In this document: positions 49,890 to 63,169 of the stretch, piece by piece | Layout: each line of letters begins with the position of its first letter | Position numbering within the stretch: position 1 is the stretch's first letter | DNA from: Selaginella moellendorffii | Lineage: Eukaryota; Plantae; Lycopodiophyta | Direction: 5' to 3' | Assembly: GCF_000143415.4 (NCBI RefSeq) | Contig: NW_003314342.1 | Span: forward strand, 810,319-874,318 | DNA: 64,000 nucleotides | The notes under the pieces: model-generated | Database searches by the model: none | What the model saw: the letters and a program-made list of their open reading frames with translations, nothing else | Told to the model about the DNA's origin: nothing | Made by a program: the position numbers and the translations under genes

Positions 49890-50430
49890 GATGATCCCAA
49901 GAGCTTGTATGGTGCTACACAGTCTGGTGTGGTGGGATTTTGAGATCTTTACTGAGATTTCTGTAACAAATGTAGATTGTCTTTGAGGTAGCCAGTTCTA
50001 CAAAGAGCTCTGGTGAGTATGGTGTAAACCGTGACTTCTCGCTTGAATCCTTGGACCTTTGCTTTGTTCAACATCATGGGCCATCGCTGCAAACGAAGGT
50101 CCAATCTTATGGCGATACATGGCAGCTCTGGAGCACACAGGATTCCACTGGGATTTTTGTGGTTCTTCCAGCTCGCAAGAATTTGTCATCTGATCGAACT
50201 CTCATGCTGGATTTGGTGCTGTGGACTGTCGATGGTCCGCCACCAGTGCATCTCTTCGTCACCTCCACGGACAGTGATCTCTCTAGTGCGTTGCACTCGC
50301 TGCGGATGAAGAACTACAACGTTCTTCTGGCATGCAACTCTCATGCGGTCTCCCTGCCTCTCCTTGCCGCAGCTTCGGCAGTATGGCAGTGGGGTAAGCT
50401 CGCTAGAGCAGAAGGCCTGGTAGCACAGAC
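49890..50430 (+). pseudogene. NYN (MARF1/limkain-b1-type) endoribonuclease domain fragment
   Basis: LVWWDFE, SYGD, SDRTLMLDLVLWTVDGPPPVHLFVTSTDSDLSSALHSLRMKNYNVLLA..LLAAASAVWQW. Exon structure uncertain. Confidence 0.75.
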
Positions 50431-50956
50431 AATCGTGAGCAGCATCCATCGCTCACTCGGGAGTTTTTATAAATTCGTCACCGCCACCACTATCATTTAC
50501 GCTGCCAACGCTACTTTTACCTTTGTCTCTCGCCGCCAACTCCGCCACCACCATACACTCCAGCTCCGCCACCACCTTGTCCAGACGTCCAGCACAAGAT
50601 TCTCCGCCAGTGACACTAGAGAAGCAGGAATCTTTACAGGCCTTCCACAAGGATATTTGCGCACTGCTCCAACAAGCGGCTTTGACGCTCAGCCAAAAGC
50701 CTCCGGAATCGATGCTTTTGAGTGTGACCCTGGGAGAAAGGATGATTGCTCCACAGCAACAGAGAACAGGAGAGTTTCCAAGGGGAAAGCTACTGAGAGC
50801 TCGACGTCTCAGTGTAAATGCTGTGAAAGTGAAGGATGGAAACCTAGTCGGGAGCCCAGCTCGCCAGGTGCTGTCACCAGTGCCCGAGACGAAGGAAAGT
50901 GGACGTGGAGAAGGTTTTGTTCGGATCCGGAATGGAGGAAGCGGCAAAAGGCAAAA

Positions 50957-51168
50957 GACTGCCAAGCAAATCGAGGAGATTGCGCTGGGATTGGAGGCAA
51001 GCAAGGTTCCTTTCCTCTGGGTGATACGATCAAACTCTGTTCTTGGCATGGACGAGGAGTTCCACAAAGGTTTCGTGAGCAGGACTGGCGGGAGAGGATT
51101 GTTTGTGAGCTGGGCGCTGCAGCTAGAGATCTTGCAGCACGAATAAACCGGGGCTTTTGTTACTCACT
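50957..51168 (+). pseudogene. Internal UGT fragment (fourth partial copy)
   Basis: TAKQIEEIALGLEASKVPFLWVIRSNS...WALQLEILQHE*, matching 19807-20019. Confidence 0.9.
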
Positions 51169-51169
51169 G

Positions 51170-52045
51170 TTCATGAGTTCGAATGTCCGGATGGCCGCCT
51201 GGGCCTCACCAGCTCGAGGGTAGGCCGCGACCATGGCGTCGTAAGAAGTTACGTGTGGAGGGATTTGCCGAAAGACAGCCTCGGCACTGGGCAGTGATCC
51301 ACACCTCGCAAACATGTGGATGAGAAAGCTTCTGGGAGTGGAGGCTCGCCTGGTTGGCTTCTCCGAGAGGAGTGACCCCGACATGGTTGGCTTCCACGCC
51401 TTCCAAGTCCATTCCAGCGAGAGCTTGGATGGCCTCGCGGCAGTGGTGGTTGTTTCCAAAGGCCGTGATCATCGCAGTCGTCTCGGTCGACGGCGTCCAC
51501 CAGGCTGCGACATTTCCCATACATGCTCCTTTCATCCTTGTCAAGGATTACATCAAAGATTACATCAAAGATCTTCGTTGCCTTCTCGAAAACACCATTG
51601 TGAGCAAACGCTTGCAGCATTGTAGTCCGAGCGACTACGTCCTTCTCAGGCATGAGAGCATACATCCTCTAGGCATTTTCATTTTCCCTGGCTTTGGCAT
51701 ACGCAGTGTTCATCGCAGTGTGCACGTAAAATGTTTGGTTTCTCCATCACATAAAAAAACGCTTCGCTCCTTCCAGCCGGTCGTGCGCTTCATAGGCTGA
51801 TATCAGAGCACCCCAAAAAACCAGATTTCTCTCTCCTGTCCCCTTTCTGGGTACCATCACAGACTACATTCGTCTCGGGCATTCGATCAAATAGTTCTTG
51901 GGTTTGATCCAAGTTCCTATCAACTGCATAGCATCGTATCATCACGACCCATGGCCCCACATGAGATTCGCAAGGAAAACATTGGAGCTATGGTGGCCGC
52001 TCAAAGTCCTGTGAATTTCTTTCACCTTTTCCCGGACAGCGAAGA
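51170..52045 (-). pseudogene. Deleted pseudogene copy of the 15921-17930 PPR gene
   Basis: Collinear with ~16316-17860, with many internal deletions. Confidence 0.88.
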
Positions 52046-52115
52046 AAGAAACCTCGCTACCTTTTGTGAACGTTCTATATAAGAGTTCCAAGAATTAGGT
52101 TTTGATAGGATTCTC

Positions 52116-52826
52116 ATGGGACGTAGCAAAGAATTAATTGTAGAACTCCCAAGGGTAATGAAAGTGGAAAGGATTTTATTCTCTTCCAACACCAACAATC
52201 TCGAGTGTGAAGTATTTGGGAAAGAGGAGCAAGATGGAGAGTGGAAATTTTTGGGTAAAACAGGTCGAGAAGCAAGATTCAAGCTCACCAAGCTGAGATT
52301 CATCCTTGTCAAACCTCTCTCTGGATTTGAGGTATCTACAATTGTGAGTTTCTATGGGAAGGACGATGCCCAAAAGCCCGTGGAGGAGTTGGAGTTGAAA
52401 TACGTCAATCCTCGACATGTGGACTATCAAAAACCTTTTAAAGTCGGCCAGCTTTCTAAGGACACTCTTGTCACGAAAGCAATTGTTCGATCCAATCTTC
52501 GGTACTACAAGTTCCGGTTGTGGGGCAACATAGAGTATCCCTGCCAGTGGTGGTTTCCAATCCAGGACAAGCCCAACCCTAAATCGCGAGAGTTGACCAT
52601 CAGATACTTTGATGTGAAGAACGAGGGGAAGTTAACGCTAGCGCCTCAATGCAAGTTGAAAGTTTTTGAGAGGACTTCCACTTGTCGCTCAGAGTGCGAG
52701 GAATTTGATCTACACAATCTTCCACAAAAGAAGCAGCCAAGCATTCGACAAAAGAAGCTGCCAAGCAGATGGGATTTTGTTAAAAAGCTACTATACTTTG
52801 CTTTAAAGGTTTTTCGAAGGAATTAA
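52116..52826 (+). CDS. Orphan protein, 236 aa, paralog of 36668-37393
   Basis: Intact ORF with a conserved core and a divergent basic amphipathic C-terminal tail. Confidence 0.75.
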   Translation: MGRSKELIVELPRVMKVERILFSSNTNNLECEVFGKEEQDGEWKFLGKTGREARFKLTKLRFILVKPLSGFEVSTIVSFYGKDDAQKPVEELELKYVNPRHVDYQKPFKVGQLSKDTLVTKAIVRSNLRYYKFRLWGNIEYPCQWWFPIQDKPNPKSRELTIRYFDVKNEGKLTLAPQCKLKVFERTSTCRSECEEFDLHNLPQKKQPSIRQKKLPSRWDFVKKLLYFALKVFRRN

Positions 52827-53154
52827 AAACGTTTATAGACTTAAATCTATCTTAAATAAAATAAAATCTTTGTCTCTTCTCTTTGTCTGATTTAGAGTAG
52901 GAAGTTTTCATGCGACAGATAAGATAAGGATATGTGTCTGCTACATTGAATTCTCACCACTAAATTTTACCACAATACGGCCACCTCTTGGACTGTATGG
53001 TTCCTATTGCCAATCATACAATTATTAGTGAAAGACAAGACGTAGAGGAAAGAACAATGTCCAATTCAGCCCATAAGTGCTGGTATTTCAAACGATCCAT
53101 CAAAACTTCCTCTTTGAAAAGTTTCTTCTTTGTTTCTTGGTCTAATCATCATCC

Positions 53155-54640
53155 ATGGGCTCTCACAAGAAACTTCACGTTGTTCTTATCCCACTTCCAG
53201 CACAGGGACATGTCATTCCAATAATCTATCTCGCCCGGAAGCTCGCGCTCCTCGGAGTCACTGTGACCATCATCAACGTTGATAGCATCCACGAAACCTT
53301 GCAGCAATCCTGGAAGAGCGAGGACAATCCTGTGAGTAATGGCCACGACATTCGCCTCGAGTCCATCTCTATGGACATGCGAGTTCCCAATGGCTTCGAC
53401 GAGAAGAACTTCGACGCGCAGGCCGCCTTCTGCGAGGCCATCTTCCGAATGGAGGATCCACTCGCGGAGCTCTTGTCCCGGATCGATCGAGACGGCCCCA
53501 GAGTCGCGTGTGTCGTCTCGGACTTTTACCATCTCAGTGCTCCACACGCTGCAAAGAAGGCTGGATTGGCTGGAGCGAGCTTTTGGCCGGGAAACGCTGC
53601 TTGGGCTGCCATAGAATTCCACGTTCCAAAGCTCCTAGAGATGGGAGACATTCCTGTCAAAGGTGAAGCTTTGATTGATCTAGAAGTGTGTTCTAAGAAA
53701 ACTTGGGATTTCTATGGTGCCAGCGGGAGATGAAAAGCTGATTTCTTACATCCCTGGAATGGAGCTAAGATCGCAAGACATTCCAGTCTTCATGCACGAC
53801 GGAGAATTCCAGAAGAACGGGGAAGAACAATCACTGTATCGCTCCAAGAGGATCGCACTGGATTCTTGGTTTCTGATAAACTCTGTCCACGACATCGAGC
53901 CGCGAATTTTCGAAGCGATGAGGGAAGGATTCGGGGAGAATTTCGTGCCGGTTGGACCATTGTTTCCTCTCAAGGGAGAGGGGATCGATTCGACTGGATT
54001 GCAAGAGGTAAACCTGAGAACTCCGGATGAATCTTGTCTTCCATGGCTAGACAAGCGTGATCGTGGTTCGGTCCTCTATGTTTCGTTTGGAAGCATCTCC
54101 TTCATGACTGCCAAGCAATTCGAGGAGATCGCGCTGGGATTGGAGGCAAGCAAGGTTTCTTTCCTCTGGGTGATACGATCAAACTCTGTTCTTGGCATGG
54201 ACGAGGAGTTCTACAAAGGTTTCGTGAGCAGGACTGGCGGGAGAGGATTGTTCGTGAGATGGGCGCCGCAGCTAGAGATCTTGCAGCACGAATCAACAGG
54301 GGCTTTTCTCACTCACTGCGGATGGAACTCCATGCTCGAGAGCTTGGCGTGTGGAGTGCCAATGCTGGGGTGGCCATCTATGTTTGAGCAAAACACGAAT
54401 GCCAAGCTGGTGCTGGAAGGCGAGGGCGTGGGAGTGGCATTCTCGAGATCTGGAGGGAAGGATGGATTTGCGCCGAGAGAAGAGGTGGAAGAGAAAGTGA
54501 GGGCGATCATGGAGGGAGAGCAAGGCAGGAGATTGAAAGCCAGGGCGATGGAGATTCGAGAATTGGCTGTCAAGGCTGCTTCTCCCGGAGGTTCTTCTCA
54601 TGCGAACCTCAAGAAATTCGTGGAGAGCCTTGCCTCGTAA
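53155..54640 (+). CDS. Family-1 UDP-glycosyltransferase (exons 53155-53662 and 53724-54640; 474 aa)
   Basis: Near-identical to 18856-20341, with the same intron and PSPG box. Confidence 0.95.
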
Positions 54641-54689
54641 AGAAGATCTTCGCGGGGATACCGATCAAAAACGCTGTCGCGGCAACGAT

Positions 54690-55370
54690 CATGATCGTCG
54701 GCTACGGCCAAGAGGGCGAGGGGGATTCCACTAAGCAGGTTTTTGATCGTGCCTTGCCCAGAATCTCGTTTGCTGGAACGCGATGCTCACAGCATATGCG
54801 CAGGCATTTGCATTAATCGAAGCTTCTCTTTGATACCATGCCCGAGAAAGATGTGATCTCTTGGACCGCAATGCTAGAAAAACAATACCTAGTTTGATAG
54901 ATGCCGAGAATGTTTTTGCAACTAAATGGAATTTAGCAACCTGGACTGCTATGGGTCATGCAAATGCCCAAGCCAGGAATATGGAAAAGGTGAGGACACG
55001 ATGCTAGAGAAAAATCTAGTGTTGTGGAACTCTCTCATTGCAGGATTTGCTCACAATGGATCTATCGAGAAGGCAGAAAAGCTCTTTCTCGAGATGCCTG
55101 AGTGGGCTCATGTCTGTGAATGCTCTAATCTCTACTCATGGCAATGTCAATTGAGTGCAAGTTATTTTGGATTCCACTCCTTTGGTGAGCACCATGCTCT
55201 AAAACACGATCCTGGTGGCCTACGGTGACAATGATTGCATCATTGAAGCCAAGACTATCTTTGATTATGAGGTGGAGCAGTGGAATCTCATGTTGTGGAA
55301 CTCAATGATCTTGGCAGTTGAGTGGCAATCATGATGTAGCTTAGCAGCTGTTCAATGTGATGCTCAAATG
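54690..55370 (+). pseudogene. Degenerate PPR remnant (paralog of 20385-21060)
   Basis: MLEKNLVLWNSLIAGFAHNGSIEKAEKLFLEMPEW. Confidence 0.7.
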
Positions 55371-56762
55371 AGATAAGGTATTTTGCAACTCAATCCTTAC
55401 GCAATAAGATCTAAGTATCCCAAGACTTGACTATAAAAGAGATTTGATATACAATTTATTAAGATTTAAATATAGAAAGAAGAGCTCATAAATAAGAGTG
55501 TACCCATTAAATATTAAAGAAAATAGCCCATAAATAAAAGCATCTAATCCCTTTAGTTATTTATAATAACTTTTTTCTGCATCATCATCAATTCCTTTTA
55601 TGCCTCCTTTTATATTGGGATTGTGGGGACCATATATTTAGGAAAACTTCCAAAGCCTCCAACTTTAGAAATCCCCTTTTGGTTTGTAAAAGTAAGTTTT
55701 AAAATTGATATAATATTTTTTGAACTTTTCGATTATTGTCATTTATTGGTGGAACTTATTCCAGATTTTAACCATCTAGTGGTGGAATTAATGCTTGATT
55801 CTAATTATTTGATGGTGGAATATAGGCCTCATTTAGAACTTCCTCATCCTCCTTTTCATCATTATTGACATCACCATCATTATCAGTATTAATAACTTCT
55901 TCCTAGTCTAATGTAGAGGTCTCTTTCCCAAGGCATTTTAATTCCCAAACACAATCTGTCTTTCATGCCTTTTAAACTCTTATAAATATTATTAGATATA
56001 TTCTTCCATCCTTTATACCCTTTGCAACAAGTCAAGTGTAAATTGGTGTCTCAAATGGCACACCTTTATATCGAAGAAGATAATATATTTAGAAAAGATC
56101 CTAGAAATTTTATTATACTTTTAAACTATATGTCATATGAAATAAAGATGGCTATAGTGGCAATCATAAGTTGTTTTACTTTTGGACTTATTTAGCAACC
56201 ACCCCTTTGTGATCCCTTCCAAATATGCATTGACACATGTGTCAAAGAATATGAAAATGATATTTAGATCATCATTAATGTCTAGTGTCAAAAACTTCTC
56301 ATTTTCACTTATAATTTGTGTGATGTAGAAAGTTCTTCTCAACTACTTCTAGTACTCATTCTTGTAATATATATTATTTATAATGATTTATCATAGGATA
56401 ACCACAGAGTGGAACCTTAACCCTTAAACATATATATGGAGTGGGATTTGAGTTTGAAGGCCTTGGGCCACTAAACAAAGGGACGAAGTCAAATTCCTAA
56501 GCATATAGCCAAAGAGCAAAAGAAGTACAGTATAAAATAATTCTAAAATGTACAATCAAAAACAAAGGAACAAAAGCATAGAACAACTTATAAGTGTACA
56601 ACCAAGGAACTAAAGAATATGAATATAGAAAGATATATTTAAATAATCTGTAAACTCCTGAATTTGAACTTCTTGAAAGGTTATATAGCCCAGAGAGCAA
56701 CTTATAAGTGTACAACCAAGGAATGAAAGAACATGAATATAGAGTGATATATTTGAATAATC

Positions 56763-57113
56763 TGTAAGCTCCTAAATTTGAACTTCCTAGGAGGTCACTT
56801 AACCTAAACCCAAGGACGCTTAACCCTATATATCCCAAGTTCATGCCCTCGTGAATGGAAGCTGAGAGCCACAACTTTCCTGAGAGCCACAACTCTCTTG
56901 ACACCCTACCCCTCGGGTCAAGCCCAGCGGGAGCAAATTGGACCAGCAAGATGTCAATCAATATGTGGTGTGATTTTCCTAATCAACTAACAGAGTTGAA
57001 CCCGAAACCGCTTTGATACCAAATGTAAACTTCTGAATTTGGACTTCCCGGGAAGTCACCTAGCCGAATACTATTCAAACTCAAAAACATTAACCCCAAA
57101 ATCCCAAGACCTT
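56763..57113 (-). mobile_element. Cassandra-like TRIM (paralog of 23202-23656), runs into the gap
   Basis: Reverse PBS CGAAACCGCTTTGATACCA at ~57003-57021 and reverse 5S box at ~57041-57095. Confidence 0.8.
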
Positions 57114-57794
57114 NNNNNNNNNNNNNNNNNNNNNNNNNNNNNNNNNNNNNNNNNNNNNNNNNNNNNNNNNNNNNNNNNNNNNNNNNNNNNNNNNNNNNNN
57201 NNNNNNNNNNNNNNNNNNNNNNNNNNNNNNNNNNNNNNNNNNNNNNNNNNNNNNNNNNNNNNNNNNNNNNNNNNNNNNNNNNNNNNNNNNNNNNNNNNNN
57301 NNNNNNNNNNNNNNNNNNNNNNNNNNNNNNNNNNNNNNNNNNNNNNNNNNNNNNNNNNNNNNNNNNNNNNNNNNNNNNNNNNNNNNNNNNNNNNNNNNNN
57401 NNNNNNNNNNNNNNNNNNNNNNNNNNNNNNNNNNNNNNNNNNNNNNNNNNNNNNNNNNNNNNNNNNNNNNNNNNNNNNNNNNNNNNNNNNNNNNNNNNNN
57501 NNNNNNNNNNNNNNNNNNNNNNNNNNNNNNNNNNNNNNNNNNNNNNNNNNNNNNNNNNNNNNNNNNNNNNNNNNNNNNNNNNNNNNNNNNNNNNNNNNNN
57601 NNNNNNNNNNNNNNNNNNNNNNNNNNNNNNNNNNNNNNNNNNNNNNNNNNNNNNNNNNNNNNNNNNNNNNNNNNNNNNNNNNNNNNNNNNNNNNNNNNNN
57701 NNNNNNNNNNNNNNNNNNNNNNNNNNNNNNNNNNNNNNNNNNNNNNNNNNNNNNNNNNNNNNNNNNNNNNNNNNNNNNNNNNNNNNNNNNNNNN
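57114..57794. other. Assembly gap (N run)
   Basis: 681 N. Confidence 1.
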
Positions 57795-58821
57795 AACCAA
57801 TAGTTAATTTATACTTGTTTTCAATAGGTAGAGATGTGATGCTAACCTAAAGAGGTGGTGGAAAATTTCTTTCTCCAAGAAAGATATGAATTTATTGTGA
57901 AGAAGCCAATCCCTTTTTCACAATGTATCTTTGTAATTAAATGTTTAGTGTCACAAATTCTTGCATAAATTCAAGTTGCTCATTTTGCTATAGCTGATGG
58001 AGCTCAAGTGGTATTGGCAGATAATTATGGCAAATAAAAAATGCTTCTATTGAAAACTCTTTCATGAGAAGAATTTGCCAAATTTGCTTTTGAGTTATAA
58101 AAGTTTATAAATTATAAACATAAGATTAATCTAAATGCATGTGAAATATTTCAATTTTGCTAGCTTAAAAAAGCTAATTTTAGTGCTTAATAAATAAATA
58201 TGCAAAATTTATTAAGCAATGGAATTAGCTTTTATAAGCTAGCAGAGATGACTAGAGAAGCTTTATCATGATTTGAGTATATATTGAATGACTTCTTCCT
58301 CATAAAATTTTGTATCTACTTTGCTAACTAAAAAATCAATTAGGATGAGATGACTAAATTTCTTGGCATAACTCAATTATTGGTATTTGCAGCCCATAAC
58401 ATCAACTAAGAAGCTTTGTCCTTTAATAAAGTTCAAGCTCGAAGTTTGGTAGAATCAGAATAAGTTGCTTCATCAAAGAAATAGTGTGGCTTATTAGTTT
58501 AATAAAGTAACCATAGCATAATCACCTTTTAGTAATGCCTGAGAACTATGCAAATATGTATAAATCTTCTCAAAACCCCAAATTATTGCTAAACATTACT
58601 ACTCTATTCTAGAGTAGTTCACTTCCACTGGTTTTAATGTACAATTAATGTATGCAATGCAATGGTACTGATCAAGTATACTCGGCTCTTTTGCATTAAC
58701 ACACCACCAAAATCGATATCAAAAACATTCATACACGAAATGAAAAGTTGAGTGTAGTCATGATATGCTAAAATTGAGGGAGATATCAATAATTGTTAAT
58801 ACCCACTCATAATCTACAGAC

Positions 58822-60333
58822 TGTAAGTGATTAAATTTTCCATTCTACTTTAGTCATTTAACCACATGACTTGCAAGAGTTTTACGCACAACCTCTATAA
58901 ATCTTATTCTAGACTTGGGGACTTACTAGCCTCATGAATGGCATCTATGCCACTCAGCCTTTGTACTTTGTCCAAGTGCTTCATATGTTCAATCCCATAA
59001 TGAACACTCAAAGGTACCACTAGCATATCAACTTATAACGCTAAGGCCCGGTAGTCCAAGACTACCCGCATCACAATCTTGTCTCTTAAAGACTAGGCTA
59101 TCTGTCTATGAGTAACCATCCCTTATCTACACCTTAACACCCTTAGGATGTTTGGAAATATAGGTAACACCCTTCTCTAATGTTCTTTCTTCCATCCCTA
59201 CCAAGTCCCTTTCTATCCATGGCTATGCTTGCCAACACCGTCATAGGATTAAAGTCCAAAAGCCCGACCACAAAGTCCCACTAACTTCTAGAACTTCCTT
59301 ACCATCCTTAGTCATTATACTAAAGGATTACTCTTCTTTTTTTCCATAGTTCGGGACTTTGGGATAATATTTCAAAACACCATAACCTTACGTGAGCCTT
59401 ATGGGTACTCTCCCCACCTTCTGCTCTTAGGTGCCCTAGCCATGTGGCTAGAGCAAGGTCTTGATGAGCCATGCAAGGTATCCAAGTAGGTAATCCACCC
59501 ACACTTAGATTGGGAGCATCATCTGTTCGATCTCCTAGGGGAGTTAGAGTCGGCTTTTGAACACTTCACTAAGCTACCCTGCTTGTTTATCTATATTCAC
59601 TTTAACTTTGGACTCCTTAGTGGTTATATCATCACCCAACATGTGGGTATACCCTTCCTTGGTCACACTAGCTTTTCCTGGCCAAATTAGCTCCATTGGA
59701 GTCCTCCTCTTACTATACTTTTGGAGCTCACCAAACCCTTAGCTGGGAGACAAACGCTTTGGGCTTTCACCCTTGGACTTAGACTCAGACTTGGTCTCGG
59801 TCTCAAACTCGGTCACGGTCTCGGTCTCGGTCTCAGTCTCGGTCTCGGTCTCGGTCTCAATCTTGGCCTCAGTCTCAATCTCGGTCTTAGTCTTGACATC
59901 AACTCCACCTCAAGTCCATCTCGAACTTGACCTCAAACTCCATCTCAAGTCCATCTCGAACTCCATCTCAAATGCATCTTGGACTTCATCTCGGATCCAT
60001 CTTAGACTCCATCTCGAACTCCATTTTAAACTTCATCTCGAGTCCATCTCAAACTCGAGTCCATCTTGGACTCCTTCTCAAACTCCTTCTTAGACTCTAT
60101 CTTGACACTTTCACATATCATGTGTTGGTCTTTTTGTGTCCCTTTTCTAAAGACTCATTGCTTGCTTCATGCTCGTTCCTCAAGCACTTCGTTGGGAATT
60201 CCACTCTAACTCTCAACTGTCCCAATTGGAGCTTCTATTCCAAATGTGTTATATTTGTTTGGCTTCCACTTTAGCCATTACCACATGGCACCCTTTCGGC
60301 TCCACTTTGGGGCTTAGGGATTTGTGTCTCACA
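58822..60333 (-). mobile_element. Solo LTR of the LARD family
   Basis: Full-length reverse LTR with TG...CA ends. Decayed TSD CAGAC/TAGAT. Confidence 0.85.
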
Positions 60334-60689
60334 TAGATTAGATGAAAAACAATATTGACAATTTCAACAATGCTCGCAATGGTATAGTACAATAAAAAAG
60401 ATGATCAATAAAAAAATTGAGATATTGCACTTTACCTAAGAAGCATTGTATGTCATTCATACACTTCAAAATAGGGAACTTTAAACTAACTATAAGTTTG
60501 TTAGGATCAACTTACAAATCTTCACAAAAAATATGGTACCTAAGATAAATCGTATCTTTGGATTCAAATATGCATTTTGACTACTTTAGTTTTAAACCAA
60601 CTTTCTACAATCAATCTAACACATTACGAACATCATAGATGTGCTCCTTTTACATCCCCTCCAAGTAGATCAAGACATCATTGATGAAG

Positions 60690-62635
60690 TCAACAGTCAC
60701 CTCCAATATATCATAAAGAACTTTGTCCATCATTCATTAGAAAGTCATTAAAGCATTATTTAAACCACTAAAAAATTGTACAAACAAAAAAATGTATAAA
60801 AAATAGTCAGAGGAACATTTTCCTCAACTATTAACATTTACCAATACCCAAAAGTAAAATCTAACTTCATGAACTAATGACTTCTCCCCAAATAATTTAG
60901 AAGACCAATAGTGTGAGGAAGAGGGTACATATTTGAGATAGTCACCTCGTTAACAAATGATAGTCAATACAGAAGTGAATACTCCCATCAGGTTTTATTA
61001 AAAGATGAGGTTCACATGCCTAAGGACTTAAGACTTTCGAATAATACCCTTCTTTAACATCTCCTTGATATTCACACATAAAATCTTAATCCCCTTTGAT
61101 GATTGATGCTAAACAAGAATTTTGATTGGACAAGCATCCTCAATTAAAATAGGATGATGTGTTACAATTTTAGCCCCAGACAACAGGTCAAAGTCAAAGA
61201 TATCAATATACTTCTTCTTGAGTCTATCCACCACTACAACACAAATACTGTTGAAGGGATCTAGAGAGGGAATAGAGAAGCAGAATGGAAATACATTAGG
61301 AAATAATGGGGAGATAAAAGTGATGGAAACAAAGGTAAAAGCAAAAGGATGAAAGGGAACAAAAGTAAGAGGAATGGAAAAAACATAAATATGAGACAAG
61401 GGGAAAAAGCCTTAAAGTCATATTTGGTATACTTGTGCTTTAATCAATTTATACCAAGGATGAGGTCAAAAATTTAACTTAGAATCACCCACAATAATTG
61501 AATTCAAGTTTGAGATCTCCTATACGCACAACTAAGTTCTCTTTATCCCACACACATATATATAAGACTTTTGTCATAAAGAATAAAGATTGGCTTTGCC
61601 ACATGACATAACTATAGACAGCAACATATAGCAATAGGCCGAACAATAAAAAATAAACTCAAGTTTGTATCAACTAATATAGAAAGAATAAAAGAAGACC
61701 TTTTGTTATAAAAATGGGCTTGAAAAGTAAACACTAAATGAACTAATATCAAATGAACCTTTTGATGGTACTCTTGAAAGAAAGATGGAAGGGTCACTGA
61801 TTTATTCACATAAAGACCCTCCACTACTCATGCAACTCCTAGTTTCTTAGAAAAATCTTTATGTCAAAACCTTCTACTGTAGCAGCACTAACAAGACGTT
61901 GTTAACATCAAAGTCTGCACCCAGGAAATGGAGGATGCCAACCCAAAAAATGCCAACAATGATAATATGTGTAGCCACTCCCAACAATAGATATTATGAC
62001 CATGATCATGTCCTCGTCTTTGTCTTTGGACAAGAGCAACAACATCAATCTCCATCAGAATAGGACCATCTCCCACATGAAGGGGAGTTGAAAGACATAT
62101 AACAACAAAGTGGAAGAGGCAATATCTCATAATATTGTGTCAGTCAAAAAATATTGTAAAGGATGATTGGAGCAAATGCATATACAAATCCCACAAAATC
62201 TTGATGAATTGTTAGCCTTAATATTTCAACTTGATCCGCTCCAACATATTTGGCTTTGCATGAAGCAAGAGGCTTTGAAAATACATGCCAAATTGCATCA
62301 TTGACTCAAATGGCCTAAAAAGCATCACCATAATCATCAATATGTCCAAATACATGCTTGAAGATATCCAAAAAAATGCTCCAATCTGCATGAGTGGTTG
62401 CGCTCAAATTATTGTACTATGGCAATGTTGTCCTTTGTAAACAATAAGCATCATCTCAAGAATGATAGGTAGCAATCATAATAAAGTGATCGAATCAATA
62501 GTACATATTATCTTTAGGATTCCCATGGAAGAATTTTAGCCATATGTGAGGATTGGCAGTAAGAGCAAGAGGTGCTGTAACATACACCGTAAATGCTGCC
62601 ATCAACTAAGCCTGATTATTCAATTGCAACCACAT
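60690..62635 (-). mobile_element. Decayed gypsy gag/PR/RT remnant
   Basis: Paralog of 30140-31335 with an extra internal segment. PILMEID gag-end motif. Confidence 0.6.
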
Positions 62636-62638
62636 AGT

Positions 62639-63034
62639 TATAAACAACTAAAAGAACGATAGAGAATGCCAGCATATCAAAGAGGTTTTAAGTCCAACTT
62701 TGTTAGTTGATTAGGGAAATCACACCATATATTGAGATTCTGGGCTCAACTCGAAGGGTAGAGTGTTAAGGCTCTCGGGAGAGCTATGACTCTCAACTTT
62801 CGTTCACGAAGGTGTGAACTTGTAGAGAAGTATAATGGATTATAAATGACTAAAAAGAACAACTCAAGAAATGATTCATAAAAGTTTAAATATAAAGGGA
62901 AAAGATCCATAACAAAAATGTACCCCATTTTTAAATCGGTTAGGAGTTTTATGATATTTAGGATTAAGTGTTTTTGGGTTTAAATAATATTAGACTGAAT
63001 GACTTCCCAAAAAATTCAAATTCAAGAGTTTAAA
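62639..63034 (+). mobile_element. Degenerate Cassandra-like TRIM (paralog of 31339-31735)
   Basis: Direct similarity to 31339-31735. Confidence 0.7.
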
Positions 63035-63169
63035 ATTGCATTGAATAACTGCACTAATTGCTCCTCCAAAATCAAAGGAGGAGGAAGCTACTCTCACAAA
63101 AACATGCATTTTAATTATCTCAAAATCCCTAGTTTATATAGTTTGGATTGAAACCAATCCAACGCCTCT

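Noticed and set aside
57039-57803. 254/236-aa ORFs
   Set aside because: They span the N gap.
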